Source: an uncultured virus (IMG/VR IMGVR_UViG_3300026257_000004) | Taxonomy: Duplodnaviria; Heunggongvirae; Uroviricota; Caudoviricetes | Strand: one strand, 5' to 3' | DNA length: 22,870 nucleotides | IMG/VR virus record: IMGVR_UViG_3300026257_000004 | Shown here: positions 1 through 6,966 of the stretch, one piece after another | Layout: each line of letters starts with the position of its first letter | Position numbering within the stretch: the first letter of the stretch is position 1 | The notes under the pieces: generated by a model | The model's input: the letters and a program-made list of their open reading frames with translations, nothing else | What the model was told of the DNA's origin: nothing | Databases searched by the model: none | Program-made: the position numbers and the translations under genes

Positions 1-551
1 GCAGCTAGCTGTAGTCCGCATTTATTGAGCTTGCTCCATCCAGTGAAATTCTGTCTGTTGTTCTCCTTTGGGAAGTAGCGACAGTAAGGTGAAGAGCTTG
101 TCTTGAAATCCGCGAGGATTACAACATTATTTCTGACACCTACTAAATCAGGACAGCCGCAGAATCCATACTTGTGAGACCAGACGCGACTAATGCCATC
201 GCTACCAACGCAGTGATCCCATTCATTCTTTAGTGGTTTTTCTGACCAGAGAAAATAATCGAACTTATCGAGATGCTTGGATAACCCGTTCCAATAAGGC
301 AGGTATTCATCTGGCAGGTCAACAGGTAAGCCTCTGATGTAGTTCTCGCAGGCACCGTGGACAGCTGTCCCCCTGGCTGCTGCTTTCTCGAGTCCTCCTG
401 GATTATTTTTTTGCCAATTGCTTAAAACCTTTTTGGAGTGTGCCGAGCTGGTTTTACCGAGGATGGAGGTCACGCTTGGATACGCCTTGTCTGGCATGTC
501 TGTTCGGTAGAACCGCTCGCCATTCACCTCAAACCGCGTTGGCAGTGACAT
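1..551 (-). CDS. PD-(D/E)XK exonuclease (phage Cas4/MGME1-like), runs off the left edge
   Basis: Manual translation from ATG at 551: MSLPTRFEVNGERFY...YPSVTSILG...RGTAVH...SEKPL...GCPDLVG...LADFKTS...QLAA. These are the typical YPSVT, RGTxxH, D, DxKT and QL motifs. Absent from the ORF track because it is truncated. Confidence 0.9.
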   Translation of the reverse strand, partial: MSLPTRFEVNGERFYRTDMPDKAYPSVTSILGKTSSAHSKKVLSNWQKNNPGGLEKAAARGTAVHGACENYIRGLPVDLPDEYLPYWNGLSKHLDKFDYFLWSEKPLKNEWDHCVGSDGISRVWSHKYGFCGCPDLVGVRNNVVILADFKTSSSPYCRYFPKENNRQNFTGWSKLNKCGLQLA

Positions 552-622
552 GAACGCCGTAGCTTTCAACTGAATGTAACCAGTTGAAATAGTGCAAGTG
601 CTCAGAAATGCACGGCTAGCCA

Positions 623-647
623 ATAAAAAACCACCCGATAAGGGTGG
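623..647 (-). terminator. intrinsic terminator
   Basis: Minus strand ACCACCC-TTATC-GGGTGGT followed by TTTTT, just after the stop at 656. Confidence 0.8.
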
Positions 648-655
648 TATTCGTA

Positions 656-1018
656 TTAATAGCAGTAGTTAGTCTTCTTTTCTCGCGGTTTCCTGGGAAC
701 TTTGGCCCTTTGATCGGCTTTGAATCGCCTGCGTTCGGAGACGTAAGTAATTGCCGTGGCTTTAAAAGCTTGGAATTCGTTGTCGGTGGGATTACTAAAG
801 AGAGCAGTTCTTAACTCCAACTGGGAGTCAGAGAGAAGAACTTGTGCCGCTGCTTTGATTTCCTCTCGTGATAAAGCCCAGTACAGGAGGCGGGAGCCAC
901 CTTCCTCTTGGATTACTTTTGTGAGGCTGTACGAGATACTGCCATTAGTAGGACGACAGCTATCAAGAGTAAGAACCTTGTAGCCGTAGTCATTTAGTAT
1001 TCGTTTCGCCTGTCCCAT
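656..1018 (-). CDS. hypothetical protein, basic C-terminus (start uncertain, 1018 or 1054)
   Basis: ORF track; co-oriented with neighbours and followed by a terminator. Confidence 0.7.
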   Translation of the reverse strand: MGQAKRILNDYGYKVLTLDSCRPTNGSISYSLTKVIQEEGGSRLLYWALSREEIKAAAQVLLSDSQLELRTALFSNPTDNEFQAFKATAITYVSERRRFKADQRAKVPRKPREKKTNYCY

Positions 1019-1107
1019 GGGTACATCTTTTCGGGGTGGCGCGGAACAGACCATAGCCGTGCAAGAAGTGGTAAGCAAGATTAGCTTTGTCTTGCAAGGC
1101 CTGGCAG

Positions 1108-1254
1108 TTATTTGCTGATCTTGTTCATAAATCTAGAAAAGAAGTCTTGACCACCTTCTTGGTTCTCCTGTTTATTGGAGGAATCAGATCCTTTGCTACT
1201 AAGCCAATTCATAAATCTCGAAAAGAAATCCCTTGGATGAGGATCAGCTGACAT
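1108..1254 (-). CDS. 48-aa protein with duplicated DFFSRFMN motif
   Basis: Manual translation MSADPHPRDFFSRFMNWLSSKGSDSSNKQENQEGGQDFFSRFMNKISK. It fills the gap between two minus-strand genes, and the repeat is conserved at protein level with synonymous changes. Confidence 0.75.
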   Translation of the reverse strand: MSADPHPRDFFSRFMNWLSSKGSDSSNKQENQEGGQDFFSRFMNKISK

Positions 1255-1275
1255 CAATTTGTTGCAATTACTTGC

Positions 1276-1695
1276 CTATTCTGCCGATTTCTCCCAGGGA
1301 TCTTTCATGAATGCGAGGCTTTCGGCGATTAGATCCTTGCCGCTTTGTTCGCTCCTGTAGGCAGACAGTTCCTCTAGTACCGTCTTGGTTAGAAGGGTGC
1401 CGCCTTTCATCATCTCTTCCATTCCAATATTATCTTTTTTAAGTCTGTCGGCTAGGACCGGTGCCAGCATTGCGACGTAGGAACTGGTGAATGTGTCCGG
1501 CAAGTAACCGTTGAAGGATGCGCCGCCTGAGGTGAATCCATTCACTAGATAGGTGAGATCGCCCAGTTGAGCGCTTGTCTTTTGGGCTTGTTCGTTTAAG
1601 TCTTGAAGCAGCTTTGAGATTTTGACTAGCTCGGCAAGGACGAGTTGGTTGGACTCAAAGAGGGTTAGGTTTTCCTTTGGTGTCGTAGGGCTCAT
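1276..1695 (-). CDS. hypothetical helical/coiled-coil protein
   Basis: 139-aa ORF overlapping the upstream ORF in an operon-like arrangement. Confidence 0.75.
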   Translation of the reverse strand: MSPTTPKENLTLFESNQLVLAELVKISKLLQDLNEQAQKTSAQLGDLTYLVNGFTSGGASFNGYLPDTFTSSYVAMLAPVLADRLKKDNIGMEEMMKGGTLLTKTVLEELSAYRSEQSGKDLIAESLAFMKDPWEKSAE

Positions 1696-1909
1696 GGATA
1701 ATGGTTGATCCAGAAAAGAAGCGGATTAGAGACAGTGCTGCCCTTTGTGCTGGAGATATCTTTTTCCATAGAGGAGCAATGTTCTCATATCCATATCGCT
1801 CGATAAGCGATTGAACATCTTGCTTTGTTTTAGCTGATTCGAGAGCCCGTAAGGCGGGGTCATTATCAGAGTTCAACGAGGAAGATTGAGATGGGGCTGG
1901 AGTCAACAT
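1655..1909 (-). CDS. hypothetical protein
   Basis: 84-aa ORF in a minus-strand run. Confidence 0.65.
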   Translation of the reverse strand: MLTPAPSQSSSLNSDNDPALRALESAKTKQDVQSLIERYGYENIAPLWKKISPAQRAALSLIRFFSGSTIIHEPYDTKGKPNPL

Positions 1910-2231
1910 ACCTAGAGCTCTTGATTACGTTTGCTTCTTTGAGTTTTTCGATTGCATTGAAGTCGTGCTCTTCTGCTGGCCCTTCTCTGGTTTCGAGCGT
2001 TTCCTTGTTAACTGGGAACAGGTATTTGTAGGCGCGCCAACCAGGGAAGTATTGAGTGGGGTTATTCTTTAATTGTGCTATGTATTGGCGCAGCACAGAA
2101 TCTGTGCTGTCGTCTATATCAATATTGTCTAATTCCTTATGGTCCACCCTGAAGTAACTGGAGATTTGTGGCTCGAGCCGACTGTCGGTGAGCATCTCAG
2201 GCTTGCCCAGCTGGTGAAGATCCTTGACCAT
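1866..2231 (-). CDS. hypothetical protein (true start may be nearer 2147-2195)
   Basis: ORF track; its 5' end overlaps the plus-strand ORF 2139..2432. Confidence 0.6.
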   Translation of the reverse strand: MVKDLHQLGKPEMLTDSRLEPQISSYFRVDHKELDNIDIDDSTDSVLRQYIAQLKNNPTQYFPGWRAYKYLFPVNKETLETREGPAEEHDFNAIEKLKEANVIKSSRYVDSSPISIFLVEL

Positions 2232-2432
2232 GCGACGGAGGACGACCTGCGAAAGACCTGTAAGATGCTCGCCGAGATTGCGTTACTGAAACAGCCTTGC
2301 GTGATTCGCTACCTGACGAGAGAGGCTGCCAAATGTTCTGTTGACTTTGTTCTGTCTGAGGAGGTTCAGTCGCAAATTTGGCACGCAATGTCATTTCAGG
2401 ATAGTGATGGAGAAGAAGGTAGTGCATTGTGA
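2139..2432 (+). CDS. small helical protein, possibly NblA-like
   Basis: LEPTVGEHLRLAQLVKILDHATEDDLRKTCKMLAEIALLKQ..VIRYL fits the two-helix heptad pattern of NblA-type proteins; the resemblance was judged by eye. Confidence 0.5.
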   Translation: MVHPEVTGDLWLEPTVGEHLRLAQLVKILDHATEDDLRKTCKMLAEIALLKQPCVIRYLTREAAKCSVDFVLSEEVQSQIWHAMSFQDSDGEEGSAL

Positions 2433-2459
2433 GAGAGACTTGTGTAACGTTTGATACAC
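2416..2459 (-). promoter_or_regulatory. putative NtcA-activated promoter
   Basis: GTGTA-acgtttga-TACAC at 2442-2459 (TGTA-N8-TACA) in an intergenic gap. On the minus strand a TAN3T box (TACCTT, 2421-2416) lies exactly 22 nt after TAC. Confidence 0.5.
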
Positions 2460-2488
2460 CCTGTAAGAGAGGGTATAGAGAGAAGTAC

Positions 2489-3199
2489 CTATCCCCACCC
2501 ATCGTCAGGCATCTCATCGCTGAGCTCCTTATCGGCGCCCAGCTCATCTCTTGCTGTTGGTGGCAGGCCTTCAACCTTGGCGTCAGCTGGTTTTCCGGCG
2601 AATGGATCCGAACCACTAAACAGGGCTTGTGTCCAGATGCCGTCCTTTGCTTTCTTCCAGTTAGCGATCTCTCCTTGGGTTGGTTTGGCTTGCACGGTGT
2701 GTGCTGAGTAATACCTTGCAGGCTTGATCTCCGGGCGCCCAAAGATAATCTTGATATTGAGCAAGCCGTCTGGTGTTAGCGCGGTGTCTTCCCTGGCAAG
2801 CGCTTGCTCGAGGTCCTTTAGAACCCCTGGCTTGTCGATTGTTACAATTACGATATTTTTCCGTTCTTTGCAGATAGCCGGGAACGATACGAATTTGTCG
2901 GGAGATTTTTTGTCCTCGGCGGGGACTTCCTTCTTGGCCTTCTCGTCGTAGCGTGTTTTGCCTGGGCCATGGCCAAACTTGTAGTCGATCTCATCGATGT
3001 AATCCTTGAGTAAAGGCTTGACTGGAGATCGTTTCGGTTGCCCGTCAACCCAGTAGACGAAGCCATGAATCCAGTGGCCATCTTCAAACGTTCCACATGG
3101 ACGCAATGTGATCTCTTCGTCTTTGGATAGGCTGCTGAGATTGAAGTACCGGTTGTCGCCAGTCTTGTCGTGGTATTCAGCAGGGAAATTAAAAGGCAT
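2489..3199 (-). CDS. phage ssDNA-binding/replication protein (gp32/gp2.5-like)
   Basis: 236 aa with YFNLSSL..ITLR, YW...PKR, beta-rich core, LFSGSDPF and an acidic tail ending in an aromatic residue (DEMPDDGWG). It lies in the replication block. Confidence 0.6.
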   Translation of the reverse strand: MPFNFPAEYHDKTGDNRYFNLSSLSKDEEITLRPCGTFEDGHWIHGFVYWVDGQPKRSPVKPLLKDYIDEIDYKFGHGPGKTRYDEKAKKEVPAEDKKSPDKFVSFPAICKERKNIVIVTIDKPGVLKDLEQALAREDTALTPDGLLNIKIIFGRPEIKPARYYSAHTVQAKPTQGEIANWKKAKDGIWTQALFSGSDPFAGKPADAKVEGLPPTARDELGADKELSDEMPDDGWG

Positions 3200-3205
3200 T
3201 GTTAG

Positions 3206-3907
3206 TTAGCTCCATTGTTCTTGTGAACCGAAATCGTCGAAGTCAGCGCTTGCATCCGGTGGCTGGCTGAAGTCCTCGGTCGAGTACCCAGAAGCGCTAG
3301 TTTGCTTCGCCGGATCTTGCCTTGAGCCTGATCTTTTGTGAACTCGGATCGTCCTACATCTGACTTCGACGTAAGGAAGACCCTCGCTCGTTTTCATCGG
3401 CCAAAGCATCCCGGTGATTTCACAAAGCGAACCCTTGGGAATCTTTTCAAGCTTTGGCATCATCCATGGTTGAAAGCCTCTGAGTTGATACCAGTCGGCT
3501 ATTTGTTTTACCTCTGTGTTCGGGGAAGGTTTGACATAACGATCAACCACTAATGCGCGCCTGATAGATGTCCCTTTACCGCTCACTTTGCCTTCTTTCC
3601 CAAGGTTGCCCACGATTACGACATCGTTGATGTATTGGTCTTGGGATGCAGGGCAAAGAGTCTTAGCGAAGATGATCGGAAGATTAGTCTTCTCTTCCAG
3701 AATCATCTCTCCAGTGATCAGTAATCGGTCCCCTGCTTTGCACTTAGAGAAGGGATCTGCTGTGGGCGAGTTGGTCCTGACCCTTAACTGGATGTCAATT
3801 GGGTCTTCTGACGGGGTTTGTGCGAAGGCGTTGAGGACTTCGACATTGTCAAAAGCACCCTGACTCGGAGGGGATTTGAGGACCAGCGTAATGGCTGCGG
3901 TAGACAA
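3206..3907 (-). CDS. ssb: single-stranded DNA-binding protein with two OB folds
   Basis: SSB-like motifs GDRLLITGEM, VVIVGNLGKE, DWYQLRGF and KGSLCEITGML, plus an acidic tail ADFDDFGSQEQWS. Confidence 0.75.
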   Translation of the reverse strand: MSTAAITLVLKSPPSQGAFDNVEVLNAFAQTPSEDPIDIQLRVRTNSPTADPFSKCKAGDRLLITGEMILEEKTNLPIIFAKTLCPASQDQYINDVVIVGNLGKEGKVSGKGTSIRRALVVDRYVKPSPNTEVKQIADWYQLRGFQPWMMPKLEKIPKGSLCEITGMLWPMKTSEGLPYVEVRCRTIRVHKRSGSRQDPAKQTSASGYSTEDFSQPPDASADFDDFGSQEQWS

Positions 3908-3963
3908 GCACCTCCTTCATATGCAAGGAAAGGTAACCGGCATTGAGGTGAGGTCAACCCTAC

Positions 3964-4641
3964 TCAGACAGAAACCACAGTTTCTTGCCCGCGAGAGTAA
4001 ACAGTAAGCCACTCCGGGATGGGAGGAATAGGTTCCGCTGTTTGAGGCATGACCAGGATGACGACCGAATCGTTATCACCTTGGATCCTCATGGGGCCAC
4101 CATCGAACGCAGAGAGGACCACAGAACTGTTCTGAGCAGTTAACCCCTTAATGGCTTTCTGTAAGTAATTAGCGTCGTACCGACCGGCTGTGGCGCTGGT
4201 TGACGGCAACCCTGACCAACGCTCGAGGATGGCCCTCAAGGTTTGGGCCAGTGGTGGAAACTCAATCGAGCTATAGAGAAGTGGAACCTCTACTCGATCA
4301 TTGGTTGATTTGCGGTGGGTGGTGACGATCGCTGTGTTAGCAGGGGAAGGTGGCTGAGCAGGACATGATTCTGTGATCCGGTTTGATCCGATTGTGATCG
4401 TCCGCTCCGCCGTTTTAATTCCTCTGCATGCCTTAATGAGATCGTTGTTTGGCAGGAGTTGAACCGTCTCGTCACCGCTGCCAACTGGATCAAATGCCAG
4501 GCATGCGATCTTGCCATGATCAGTCGAGGCTACGTAGACGCCACCTCTTGGATCAGGGGAGATTTCTATTGATTGGTACGGGCTGTAGCGCCCAGCAAAT
4601 TCAGCGGCAATCGCAATCAGTGCCGAATTAAGCTGCAACAT
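3964..4641 (-). CDS. DNA sliding clamp (DnaN beta)-like protein, short two-domain form
   Basis: VYVASTDHGKIA resembles the beta-clamp vATDgh motif, and YDANYLQKAIKGL...VVLS...PMRI...VILVMP resembles the clamp C-terminal pattern. It is adjacent to the SSB genes. Confidence 0.6.
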   Translation of the reverse strand: MLQLNSALIAIAAEFAGRYSPYQSIEISPDPRGGVYVASTDHGKIACLAFDPVGSGDETVQLLPNNDLIKACRGIKTAERTITIGSNRITESCPAQPPSPANTAIVTTHRKSTNDRVEVPLLYSSIEFPPLAQTLRAILERWSGLPSTSATAGRYDANYLQKAIKGLTAQNSSVVLSAFDGGPMRIQGDNDSVVILVMPQTAEPIPPIPEWLTVYSRGQETVVSV

Positions 4642-4849
4642 TGATCGCCTCAGCGTGCAGACAGACTGCACCAGTGAGGTTAACTACATCTTCTTCCAGG
4701 TCAACCCAGCGCCATCTATACAGGTTTAGGTCATTCTCAAGGTTTTCGTTTGCTTCTTCTAGTTCTTCTCTTGAGATAGTTGGAGTCCAGTCTGGCGACA
4801 GGGCTCGAGAGTTGAAGATGTGGACGAGGATGGCCTTTCTTTTCTCCAT
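4628..4849 (-). CDS. hypothetical protein
   Basis: 73-aa ORF leading the replication operon. Confidence 0.6.
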   Translation of the reverse strand: MEKRKAILVHIFNSRALSPDWTPTISREELEEANENLENDLNLYRWRWVDLEEDVVNLTGAVCLHAEAINVAA

Positions 4850-4964
4850 ATTTCACAGGTGAGGAGACTAAAGCTAGCTTGATTTGAATGTCAGAGAACT
4901 CATAAATATTTTTAGATCAATAGAATGAGGCGAGACGTTTTCCTTCCACGGAGAAACTAGACTA

Positions 4965-5045
4965 ATGCTCCTCTACTGTGGTGCAGTAATGATATTCGTT
5001 ACGTTATTTATAAGCGATGTATTAGTAGCTGCGACTAGTGAGTGA
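4965..5045 (+). CDS. possible 26-aa hydrophobic peptide
   Basis: MLLYCGAVMIFVTLFISDVLVAATSE, with GGAG upstream at 4950-4953. Confidence 0.3.
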   Translation: MLLYCGAVMIFVTLFISDVLVAATSE

Positions 5046-5151
5046 GCAATCGATAGATGCGTTAGTTATCGCATTGCTAGTGTTTTTAAATTTGTGGATT
5101 ACTGGGAACCTAATCGGCCAGCTCTCCTTTTTGTTCCGGGGGAGATTTTAA
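5038..5151 (+). CDS. possible 37-aa single-TM peptide
   Basis: GTG start overlapping the previous stop; MSEQSIDALVIALLVFLNLWITGNLIGQLSFLFRGRF. Confidence 0.35.
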   Translation: MSEQSIDALVIALLVFLNLWITGNLIGQLSFLFRGRF

Positions 5152-5277
5152 AACGTCCACGCATTCGGTTTGGCACGTCGTGTCTTCCAAAGAGCAGTCC
5201 GAAACGCAGTCAAAGTAGGTGTCGATTGAATCGCCTGCCTCATTTGGCTTTCCTTTCTTACGTGGTTTTGATCCCAT
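5110..5277 (-). CDS. small four-Cys protein (YFDCxxxC..CxxxC), picocyanobacterial/cyanophage type
   Basis: MGSKPRKKGKPNEAGDSIDTYFDCVSDCSLEDTTCQTECVDVLK; GGAG and AGG lie upstream of ATG 5277. Confidence 0.7.
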   Translation of the reverse strand: MGSKPRKKGKPNEAGDSIDTYFDCVSDCSLEDTTCQTECVDVLKSPPEQKGELAD

Positions 5278-5297
5278 TTGCCTAACTCCAAACAGAG

Positions 5298-5329
5298 AAA
5301 AGGCTCGCGGGAGTCCACCCCGCAAGCCC
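5298..5329 (-). terminator. intrinsic terminator closing the structured RNA
   Basis: GGCTTGCGGG-GTGGACT-CCCGCGAGCC-TTTTCTCT on the minus strand. Confidence 0.75.
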
Positions 5330-5575
5330 TAGCCTTCCAACGAAATATTAGCGTCTTGGCCCCGCTAATACTCCGTTCTCGTGATCTGGGGCTTACAGGA
5401 GTGGTAGTTCGCTAATCCACGAAACGACGTTAATGAATCCTCACCCCCTTTAAGGAAGTATTCATTAATGGGCCATACCCTAAGCCCCGTAGTTTCATGG
5501 AAAGCGGAAAGCAACGATTGGGATCGACCATTAATGCATGACATTAACCAATCGCCCTTTCCTCCAAGCCCAGGT
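5298..5575 (-). ncRNA. unclassified highly structured ncRNA (~280 nt)
   Basis: No credible ORF. Stems pair 5557-62/5506-11, 5548-56/5513-21, 5542-47/5531-36, 5481-88/5388-95, 5460-68/5430-38 and 5363-77/5339-53 (15 bp). The G-U wobbles in these stems form only on the minus strand. Possible pseudoknot 5357-62/5470-75. Confidence 0.65.
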
Positions 5576-5578
5576 TGA

Positions 5579-5746
5579 TTAATATCGATAGCGCTGGACG
5601 TCTAAGCGCTTACCATTGACCTTGCAGTAGAAGATTCCTCTGTAGCAGTATTCCTTTACCTTCTTTGATTCATTCTTAACCAGAGTGATTGATTCTGAAC
5701 GGGAGTTAGTTCCTGTGTAGCGGAGTTGAGTAGTGCTTTCAATCAT
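5579..5746 (-). CDS. DUF4278-like YRG peptide (55 aa)
   Basis: MIESTTQLRYTGTNSRSESITLVKNESKKVKEYCYRGIFYCKVNGKRLDVQRYRY contains one degenerate (LRYTG) and one canonical (CYRGIFY) YRG motif. Confidence 0.65.
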   Translation of the reverse strand: MIESTTQLRYTGTNSRSESITLVKNESKKVKEYCYRGIFYCKVNGKRLDVQRYRY

Positions 5747-5748
5747 TG

Positions 5749-5765
5749 GTAGTGGTTGTTACAAT
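5749..5765 (+). promoter_or_regulatory. NtcA box overlapping a -10 element (repression geometry)
   Basis: GTA-gtggttgt-TAC (5749-5762) overlaps TACAAT (5760-5765), which lies about 8 nt upstream of the riboswitch. Confidence 0.65.
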
Positions 5766-5773
5766 AAGGTCAA

Positions 5774-5826
5774 ATCGTCGAGCCTAAACAGGCCGCAACC
5801 TCAGCACCAGACGACGGGGGTGCTGC
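5774..5826 (+). ncRNA. glutamine-II (Downstream-peptide) riboswitch
   Basis: P1 CGTCG(5776-80)/CGACG(5812-16); hairpin GCCT-aaac-AGGC; CGCAA linker; pseudoknot CAGCACC(5802-08)/GGTGCTG(5819-25). It is followed by GGAGG and a YRG peptide, the typical context for this motif. Confidence 0.8.
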
Positions 5827-5842
5827 GTTTGGAGGACGTTCC

Positions 5843-5950
5843 ATGACGACCTTGCGTTCCGTGTTCAACCGTTTCCGAAAGAAGGAGGCAGTTGATCCGC
5901 TTGCCATCTGTACGTACAGAGGCATTCGCTACCGCCCTGGCTCTCGCTAG
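5843..5950 (+). CDS. DUF4278-like YRG 'downstream peptide' (35 aa)
   Basis: MTTLRSVFNRFRKKEAVDPLAICTYRGIRYRPGSR; SD GGAGG at 5831-5835. Confidence 0.8.
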   Translation: MTTLRSVFNRFRKKEAVDPLAICTYRGIRYRPGSR

Positions 5951-5962
5951 TTGAAAGAAGGG

Positions 5963-6056
5963 GTGAACGGCGGCTGACACTTGGCCTGGTTCGACTTGCT
6001 CGCTGAGAGTAGGCCTCGAGCTGGGCCTTGTCTAGGTCTGATGCAAGAGAGTTCAC
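5963..6056 (+). other. long imperfect RNA hairpin
   Basis: GTGAAC/GTTCAC, GACA/TGTC, GGCCTGGTTCGA/TCGAGCTGGGCC and CTTGCTC/GAGTAGG; the G-U pairs favour the plus strand. Confidence 0.4.
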
Positions 6057-6138
6057 GCGCAGTCACAATCCTTTGCGTGCTGTAGCTATTAGTTAATAAT
6101 ATTTAGCGACTACGATAAGAGAAAAGATTAATAGATAA

Positions 6139-6966
6139 GTGCACCATAGGTTTGCAACGCAAAGACTTTTAGCGGAGTTACCTACTATCCCTTTCTCTGC
6201 ACAAGAGATCAGGGCTCTCGCTGAGGCTATACCTAAATCGGTCGCATGGCCCCCAAGAGATCGCCAGTTGTCGGTTGGGCAATACGTTGGGGATCCGTAT
6301 AACGAGAGGCAGATGTTGATGCAGCTTGTGTCAAATACGGAGCCATATCCATTTGAATTATTTCGGCATCCTTCTAGAGCCGTTAATGAAATGGATAGGA
6401 AGAATATTCGAGCTGTGCCCGCCGAACTAGAAGCGCTCGCCAATTTAAGTCCGAGTCGAGTGCAAGAGATTGTATTTGGCTGGGCACACCCTGGATTAGA
6501 TCCCAACGTCCCAGCATCGGTATCAATGGAGAAGATGACTGGAGCTCCTCCGATGGCAGGAGGACTGGCTGAGGCCTTCCCCAATCTCGTAGATCGTGCT
6601 GGTCTTCAGGCTGGTGATCTTCTAGTGAATAGTCCGGTAGGGCTAAACGCTGGTCAGTATGGTCGAGCCAACCTCTATATGGGGGCAGGATTTGGACCCC
6701 CAAGCCGCTTTGGCACGCAGGTGGCTCGAGTGAATACTGCCGGTGGAATAGATCCTGTCTTACTGGCAAATGTTCACGAGGAATTTGCTAGAAGGCAGAA
6801 GATGAAGCATGACACCCCTCATAGGCGTATCAAGACACCAGCTCAAGTAGAAATAGAACGAGCTTTGGCAGAACGTGAATGGCAGTCTATAGAAGATGCG
6901 TTGGGACCTACTGAAGAAGATATGCTGGCGATTATGGCTGAACAGGCTCTGATGGGACCGGGATGA
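6139..6966 (+). CDS. hypothetical protein (plus-strand island, possibly late/virion)
   Basis: 275-aa ORF, Ala/Gly/Pro-rich, with an AT-rich upstream region. Confidence 0.8.
   Translation: MHHRFATQRLLAELPTIPFSAQEIRALAEAIPKSVAWPPRDRQLSVGQYVGDPYNERQMLMQLVSNTEPYPFELFRHPSRAVNEMDRKNIRAVPAELEALANLSPSRVQEIVFGWAHPGLDPNVPASVSMEKMTGAPPMAGGLAEAFPNLVDRAGLQAGDLLVNSPVGLNAGQYGRANLYMGAGFGPPSRFGTQVARVNTAGGIDPVLLANVHEEFARRQKMKHDTPHRRIKTPAQVEIERALAEREWQSIEDALGPTEEDMLAIMAEQALMGPG

Noticed and set aside
2197..2742. 181-aa minus-strand ORF
   Set aside because: It is an alternate frame overlapping the SSB-like gene and has low-complexity composition.
5298..5575. RNase P RNA or tmRNA
   Set aside because: GAGGAAAG is present but not the following GUCC or the complementary P4 strand. 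The GCGGG-GTGGACT-CCCGC arm lacks TTCG, an acceptor stem and CCA, and no tag ORF was found.
5983..6000. GGTTCGAC as a tRNA T-loop
   Set aside because: No flanking T-stem or cloverleaf can be built.
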